Of a DNA stretch of 32,000 nucleotides, positions 28,006-32,000 are shown piece after piece. Positions within the stretch are counted from its first letter, which is position 1. Every line of letters begins with the position of its first letter. Source of the DNA: Candidatus Pelagibacter ubique HTCC1062 (GTDB lineage Bacteria; Pseudomonadota; Alphaproteobacteria; Pelagibacterales; Pelagibacteraceae); contig NC_007205.1 in the NCBI RefSeq assembly GCF_000012345.1, positions 30,001 to 62,000 of the forward strand. The letters are read 5' to 3'. Made by a program: the position numbers and the translations under genes. The notes under the pieces were generated by a model that saw nothing but the letters and a program-made list of their open reading frames with translations, was not told the DNA's origin and ran no database searches.

Positions 28006-29004
28006 AAAACAACTTGTAAGACTTTAATAGAAATCATGATTAAAATTACAAATAAAACTAATGAAGAACAAATCTTCAAAATTATTAATGAAAATTTTAG
28101 TCAGTTAGCACCCTCATATTATTCGTTGGTAACTCATTGGTTTATTAATGCTTATAAAAATTTTAAAGGTATCGATAAGTATATAATTTTAATTTATCTG
28201 ATTAATAAAGACTTTATTCACTATAGAAAAAATGGACTAATGGTTGATTATGATACGTTTTATAAGGATAAAACACTAGAAATTCCAAATATTAATATTT
28301 CAGATATTGCAAGAGACCTTCTTATACCTAAGGAAAATGTAAGAAGAAAAATATCTGAATTAGAGAAAAAAGGTATTATTAAAAGAGCAGGAAAAAAGAT
28401 CTTTGTTGAAAGACCTGGCTTTATACAAACAAAAGCTAATATAACTTTAAAAGATTTTAGTAGTTTGGTTTCTACGTTTAGTGAAATTTTAAAAGATAAA
28501 AAAATAATTAAAGAACCTTTAAACACAGATCAAATTTCAAATTTAATTAAAGAAAATTTTTCTTTTTGTTGGTATCAATTTTACAAATTTTTATTCATAT
28601 TTTCTAACCGTTGGAAAACAGATACTAAAACTCAGGATTTAGAAACAATATGTGTGGGATTAATTGTAATGATTAATACTGTTCAAAATAGGGGTTTCAA
28701 AGACAAGAATTTAGATAGACAAAAATATTTTAAAGCAGTTCAAAAATCTAATCACATTGGTATTAACGCATTTTCTATAGCTGATATTACGGGAATTCCA
28801 AGGGCTACCGTTGTAAGAAAATTACAATTTTTAATCGAAAACAAATTTTTAAATATTAGTGAAAAAAAACTTTATAACTTTGCTATGGGGACACAAACTA
28901 AACAATTTAAAGTGCTCACTAAATTACAAGATAAAAATATGAAAGCTTTAGGTAAATTTTTGTATAAGGTTTTTAATCAGATTAAAATAATAAACACTAA
29001 TTAG
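28000..29004 (+). CDS. Putative transcriptional regulator with two tandem winged-helix-turn-helix domains (internal duplication)
   Basis: 334 aa from the GTG at 28000, or 322 aa from the ATG at 28036, which I think more likely because the conserved element overlaps the GTG. HTH1 is NINISDIARDLLIPKENVRRKISELEKKGIIKRAGKKIFV (nt about 28291-28407). HTH2 is GINAFSIADITGIPRATVVRKLQFLIENKFLNISEKKLYNF (nt about 28765-28881). The two align with each other at about 12/39 identity plus conservative changes, each preceded by a hydrophobic helical region. Confidence 0.65.
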   Translation: MEKTTCKTLIEIMIKITNKTNEEQIFKIINENFSQLAPSYYSLVTHWFINAYKNFKGIDKYIILIYLINKDFIHYRKNGLMVDYDTFYKDKTLEIPNINISDIARDLLIPKENVRRKISELEKKGIIKRAGKKIFVERPGFIQTKANITLKDFSSLVSTFSEILKDKKIIKEPLNTDQISNLIKENFSFCWYQFYKFLFIFSNRWKTDTKTQDLETICVGLIVMINTVQNRGFKDKNLDRQKYFKAVQKSNHIGINAFSIADITGIPRATVVRKLQFLIENKFLNISEKKLYNFAMGTQTKQFKVLTKLQDKNMKALGKFLYKVFNQIKIINTN

Positions 29005-29845
29005 ATTTTCTTAAAATAAAAACAAAGATTACGGAGGTTGCCATCATTACTAATGCATAGGCAGCTGTGGGTACCATATAAATAATATTATCAAATAATT
29101 GAGTAGCAACAAAAACTGCTAGGGTTCCATTTTGCAAACCACATTCTAAAGAGATAGCTCTTTGTTGAGGTGTCCCTGATGCAAAAAATTTAGCAACATA
29201 AAATCCTATCACCATCATAGTTACATTTAATATTAAGGCTATTAAACCTGCTCGAGTTAAAAAGCTTACAATTTTATCCCACTCTTCAATATATATTGCA
29301 GCAAAAACAAGTAAAAATAATGCAATAGAAAATCTTTGAATAAACTTCAAATTTTTTATGACAAGGTCACCAGTAAAATGCCTGATAGTCATTCCAATTA
29401 TTACTGGAACCGTAACTACAAAAAACATTTTTAAAGAAATGGATACCATTGTTATTTCTCTCTCAACATAGGTGATATCAAACAGATTAATTGAATTGAT
29501 CACAATGAATGGCACTGTTACTATACTTAATAAGCTCATAACTGCTGTCAGTGATATTGATAGCGCTACATCACCCTCTGCAAATTTTGTAAGAACATTG
29601 GAGGTTACACCCCCTGGAGCAGCTGCAATTATCATTACTCCTAAGGCCATTTCAATCGGCACACCTAAGGTAATGATAAGTAGATAGGCAACGATTGGTA
29701 AAACAATTAACTGACAAATAAAACCAATAAAAAAATCTTTAGGGTTTTTTGCAACTCTTAAAAAGTCATCTACTGTTAAAGAAGCTCCTAGTCCAAGCAT
29801 AATAATAGCTAGAGCGATTGGAGCGATGTTGGTTACTATTTCCAT
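28997..29845 (-). CDS. Bile acid:Na+ symporter (BASS/SBF) family transporter
   Basis: 282 aa and polytopic. It has LGLGASLTVDDF, AAAPGGVTSNVLTKFAEGDVALSISLTAVMSLLSIVTVPF and ECGLQNGTLA, the characteristic SBF-family crossover-helix motifs. Its 3' end overlaps the regulator 3' end by 8 nt. Confidence 0.88.
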   Translation of the reverse strand: MEIVTNIAPIALAIIMLGLGASLTVDDFLRVAKNPKDFFIGFICQLIVLPIVAYLLIITLGVPIEMALGVMIIAAAPGGVTSNVLTKFAEGDVALSISLTAVMSLLSIVTVPFIVINSINLFDITYVEREITMVSISLKMFFVVTVPVIIGMTIRHFTGDLVIKNLKFIQRFSIALFLLVFAAIYIEEWDKIVSFLTRAGLIALILNVTMMVIGFYVAKFFASGTPQQRAISLECGLQNGTLAVFVATQLFDNIIYMVPTAAYALVMMATSVIFVFILRKSN

Positions 29846-29872
29846 TAATTTAATTTAAAATTTCATGCATAG

Positions 29873-29910
29873 TTCCACCCATTTTGATCATTTGTCAACC
29901 CATTTTGGTC
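29873..29910 (-). promoter_or_regulatory. 27-nt conserved element, copy B, plus an upstream direct half-repeat (upstream of the BASS transporter gene)
   Basis: The minus strand reads GACCAAAATGGGTTGA-caaat-GATCAAAATGGGTGGA. The two 16-mers (29910-29895 and 29889-29874) are 14/16 identical and 21 bp apart. The 27-mer GTTGACAAATGATCAAAATGGGTGGAA (29899-29873) matches copy A at 26/27. It ends 27 nt before the transporter ATG (29845). Confidence 0.5.
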
Positions 29911-30068
29911 GGTTGTAAACAGGACAAGATAAATCCTAAAAAAAAACTACAAATATTAAAGTTAATTCGATTAAAGAACTAATAAAGATTTATTCTAAAT
30001 ACACTAAGATGCTTAAGAAATTATAAGATTTTTATCTTTTAAAAGATGGTGTTTAAAAAAAGCAAAAA

Positions 30069-32000
30069 CTATCCAATTGATATTAAAGTAAGATCATCAC
30101 TTAATTTTCCAGATTTAGAGCTGTCAATTATTTTTTTACTAATATCTGATAAGTGTTTCTTCGAATCTTTTGTGTAGTTATCTTCAATTATTTCAATTGA
30201 ACCTTCAATACCTATTTCTTGTCCTTCAGCATTTAAACTTTCAGACAATCCATCTGTAAAAACATAAAATTTGTTTCCATTTAAAACTTGTTTATTAATT
30301 TTATAAATTGATTTATTTTTTTGGTGAATAACCCCCATCGGCGGCGCTTCACTATCAAAATTTTGGTATTTACCATTTTTGTCTCTAATGATAGCTGGTT
30401 GATGTCCCGCATTTACCCATGAAACTTCTTTGGTAATTAAATCATATTTTCCAAGAACACATGTCACAAACATGCCTGATGTTTTGGTGAGAAATAAATC
30501 GTTATTCATATGAAGCATCATTTCATCTGGATCTACCTGATCTCTTGACATGACTTCAAATAAAGTAGAGGCTTTTGCCATCACCATTCCAGCATGAACT
30601 CCCTTACCTGCTACATCTGCAATTATAAAATTAATACTATCATTATGGGGATAAAAACTAAAAAAATCACCTGAAACTTCTCTCGAAGCAATATTAATTC
30701 CTTGCACAGGATAATTTTGTAAATCTCTTTTTGGTAAAAAATTTTCTTGAACTTTTACAGCCAAATTTATTTCTTTGGAAATTCTACTTCGCCACTTTTC
30801 TTTTTCATTTTCGCTAACCTCAAGCTTGTTCATCAATTTATTATAATAAAGTCCTATTACCCCTCCTGCAGTGAAAGGATCTTGTGGGCCTCTAACAGAG
30901 AGATCTCCACTTTCAGACTGTTTTTCAAGGATTGAAATTAAATCATGTTCTACTGAAACTGCATTATGTTCAGCAATATTTAATCCTAATTCCTCTTGTA
31001 AAGGAGTTACTCTTAATGGATAAAAATAATTTAAAATTTTTAAAATAATATAAGATCCAAAAAATGCGAAAGCACCAATTGCTAATATTCCTATAACCTG
31101 GACTTCAATTTGCTCTAACCTTGTAAGTCCTGTTCCTAATTTTTCTAAATCACTGAACAAACCAACTGAAATAGTTCCCCATACACCTGCTCCTAAATGA
31201 ACTGGCACTGCACCTACGACATCATCTATCTCATATTTGTTTAACAGTTCATTTATAAAAATTGCTACGATTGCACCAATAATACCAACAAAAATTGCCG
31301 TAACTGATGTCATTGAATTACAACCAGCTGTTATAGCAACCAATCCTGCAAGAGGACCTAATATTACATAAAATGGATCTGGTTTTTTAAATAATAAAAA
31401 TGAAATACCTAGTCCAGTTAACAACCCAAAAGCAGCAGAAAGAAATGTATTTATCAATATTAATGGCACTGTTTCATCCATTGCTCCATTACTTCCGCCA
31501 TTAAAACCAAACCAACCAAACCATAAAATTAAGGTTCCTAAAACGGCTAACGGAAAACTAGAGCCAGTAAATTTACCTTTATTAGACTCAGAATATTTAC
31601 CAATTCTTGGCCCTAAAATTAATACAGCAGCAAGTGCAATCCATCCTCCAACAGAATGAACAATAGTGCTACCAGCAAAATCAACAAAACCAAGTTCTGT
31701 TAACCATCCAGTATTTTTAATTTCTCCCGTAACAGCCGATAACTGCATTACAGTATCATTCATATTATTTAGATAACTGGATGACCAAGCCCAATGACCA
31801 ACAATTGGATAAATTATGCCAGTTGCAATTATCGTTATTATTAAATATCCATTAAATTTCATTCTTTCAGCCACAGCTCCAGAAACTATTGTTGCAGCAG
31901 TTGCAACAAACATGGCTTGGAACACAAAATATGTCATGTAATCAGCTTTTTCGGTTTTAAAGAAAAAAAGATCTGTTCCAAAAAAACCATTATAACTTGT
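30069..32000 (-). CDS. amt: Ammonium transporter (Amt/MEP) fused to a C-terminal SpoIIE/RsbU-type PP2C serine phosphatase domain (5' end runs off the window)
   Basis: The reading frame stays open upstream of the track ATG (31937) to the window end (TSYNGFFGTDLFFFKTEKADY-MTYF...), so the N-terminus is outside the window. Amt motifs are AATIVSGAVAERMKF, DFAGSTIVHSVGGW, WFGWFGFNGGS, GAVPVHLGAGVWGT and EELGLNIAEH (Amt part is nt about 30965-32000). After a linker of about 60 aa come the PP2C/SpoIIE motifs SGDFFSF, ADVAGKGVHAGMVMA, NAGHQP, FTDGLSE and SDDLTLISI (nt 30069 to about 30785). Confidence 0.9.
   Translation of the reverse strand, partial: TSYNGFFGTDLFFFKTEKADYMTYFVFQAMFVATAATIVSGAVAERMKFNGYLIITIIATGIIYPIVGHWAWSSSYLNNMNDTVMQLSAVTGEIKNTGWLTELGFVDFAGSTIVHSVGGWIALAAVLILGPRIGKYSESNKGKFTGSSFPLAVLGTLILWFGWFGFNGGSNGAMDETVPLILINTFLSAAFGLLTGLGISFLLFKKPDPFYVILGPLAGLVAITAGCNSMTSVTAIFVGIIGAIVAIFINELLNKYEIDDVVGAVPVHLGAGVWGTISVGLFSDLEKLGTGLTRLEQIEVQVIGILAIGAFAFFGSYIILKILNYFYPLRVTPLQEELGLNIAEHNAVSVEHDLISILEKQSESGDLSVRGPQDPFTAGGVIGLYYNKLMNKLEVSENEKEKWRSRISKEINLAVKVQENFLPKRDLQNYPVQGINIASREVSGDFFSFYPHNDSINFIIADVAGKGVHAGMVMAKASTLFEVMSRDQVDPDEMMLHMNNDLFLTKTSGMFVTCVLGKYDLITKEVSWVNAGHQPAIIRDKNGKYQNFDSEAPPMGVIHQKNKSIYKINKQVLNGNKFYVFTDGLSESLNAEGQEIGIEGSIEIIEDNYTKDSKKHLSDISKKIIDSSKSGKLSDDLTLISIG

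Noticed and set aside
27979-29899. The 27-nt inverted repeats could be terminal inverted repeats of a mobile element of about 1.9 kb carrying the regulator and transporter.
   Set aside because: There is no transposase or integrase inside. I see no target-site duplication: the flanks are ...CATGTCGT on the left and CCATTTTGGTC... on the right. Each copy sits at a promoter-like distance from an ATG and contains TTGACA. I keep it only as the alternative hypothesis in the corresponding finding.
30025-30047. AT-only palindromes (AAGAT-TTTT-ATCTT and ATCTTTTAAAAGAT) downstream of the amt-PP2C stop, as a possible terminator.
   Set aside because: The stems are entirely A:T apart from one G:C pair, and such palindromes arise easily in AT-rich spacer DNA. 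There is no supporting U-tract logic.
9647-30935. Other short track ORFs nested in larger genes: 9647-9883, 13071-13259, 14386-14670, 15223-15417, 15617-15814, 16790-16978, 17520-17735, 17778-18038, 21452-21634, 21761-22015, 22257-22448, 23164-23367, 26872-27078, 27140-27376, 28260-28526, 29472-29687 and 30747-30935.
   Set aside because: All are embedded, antisense or out of frame, within longer ORFs that carry clear family motifs. None has a motif or context of its own. 23164-23367 overlaps the paralog-2 start on the opposite strand.
1-32000. A window-wide look for CRISPR arrays, IS elements or transposases, integrases, prophage genes, toxin-antitoxin pairs and known defence-system hallmarks.
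   Set aside because: I saw no spaced direct-repeat arrays, and no ORF with DDE, tyrosine or serine recombinase, nuclease/helicase-defence or phage structural motifs. The accessory-looking part consists of surface proteins, a regulator and transporters.

Overview
This is a strongly AT-rich, very gene-dense bacterial chromosome segment. Adjacent genes overlap by 1-23 nt, and two convergent gene pairs have no room for a terminator. Gene content, a type-A RNase P RNA and the compaction fit a streamlined marine alphaproteobacterium of the SAR11/Pelagibacterales type; that is an inference I could not verify. All family calls come from motifs read by eye in the supplied translations, with no database search.

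Positions 1-20.6 kb are housekeeping. They hold a dcw cell-division/cell-wall cluster on the minus strand in the unusual order mraZ-ftsZ-rsmH-ftsL-ftsI-murE::murF(fused)-mraY, preceded by a phased TGGG triple repeat. They also hold rnpB, an AmpD-type amidase, mlaA-mlaC, two tRNAs (one with non-canonical D and T loops), yqeY-dnaG-rpoD, and carA-carB.

Positions 20.6-32 kb look accessory and hold the most interesting material:
- Three diverged paralogous proteins of about 725-745 aa share one architecture: signal peptide, five propeller-blade-like repeats, a Cys loop, a helical linker, and an autotransporter-type beta-barrel ending in Phe. One has a translationally coupled 114-aa membrane-anchored partner, and another has a 46-aa signal-peptide mini-ORF upstream.
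- A convergent pair (a tandem double winged-helix regulator and a BASS-family Na+ symporter) is bracketed by a 26/27-identical 27-nt TTGACA-containing element in inverted orientation.
- An ammonium transporter is fused to a SpoIIE/RsbU-type PP2C phosphatase.

I saw no CRISPR array, transposase, integrase or rRNA.
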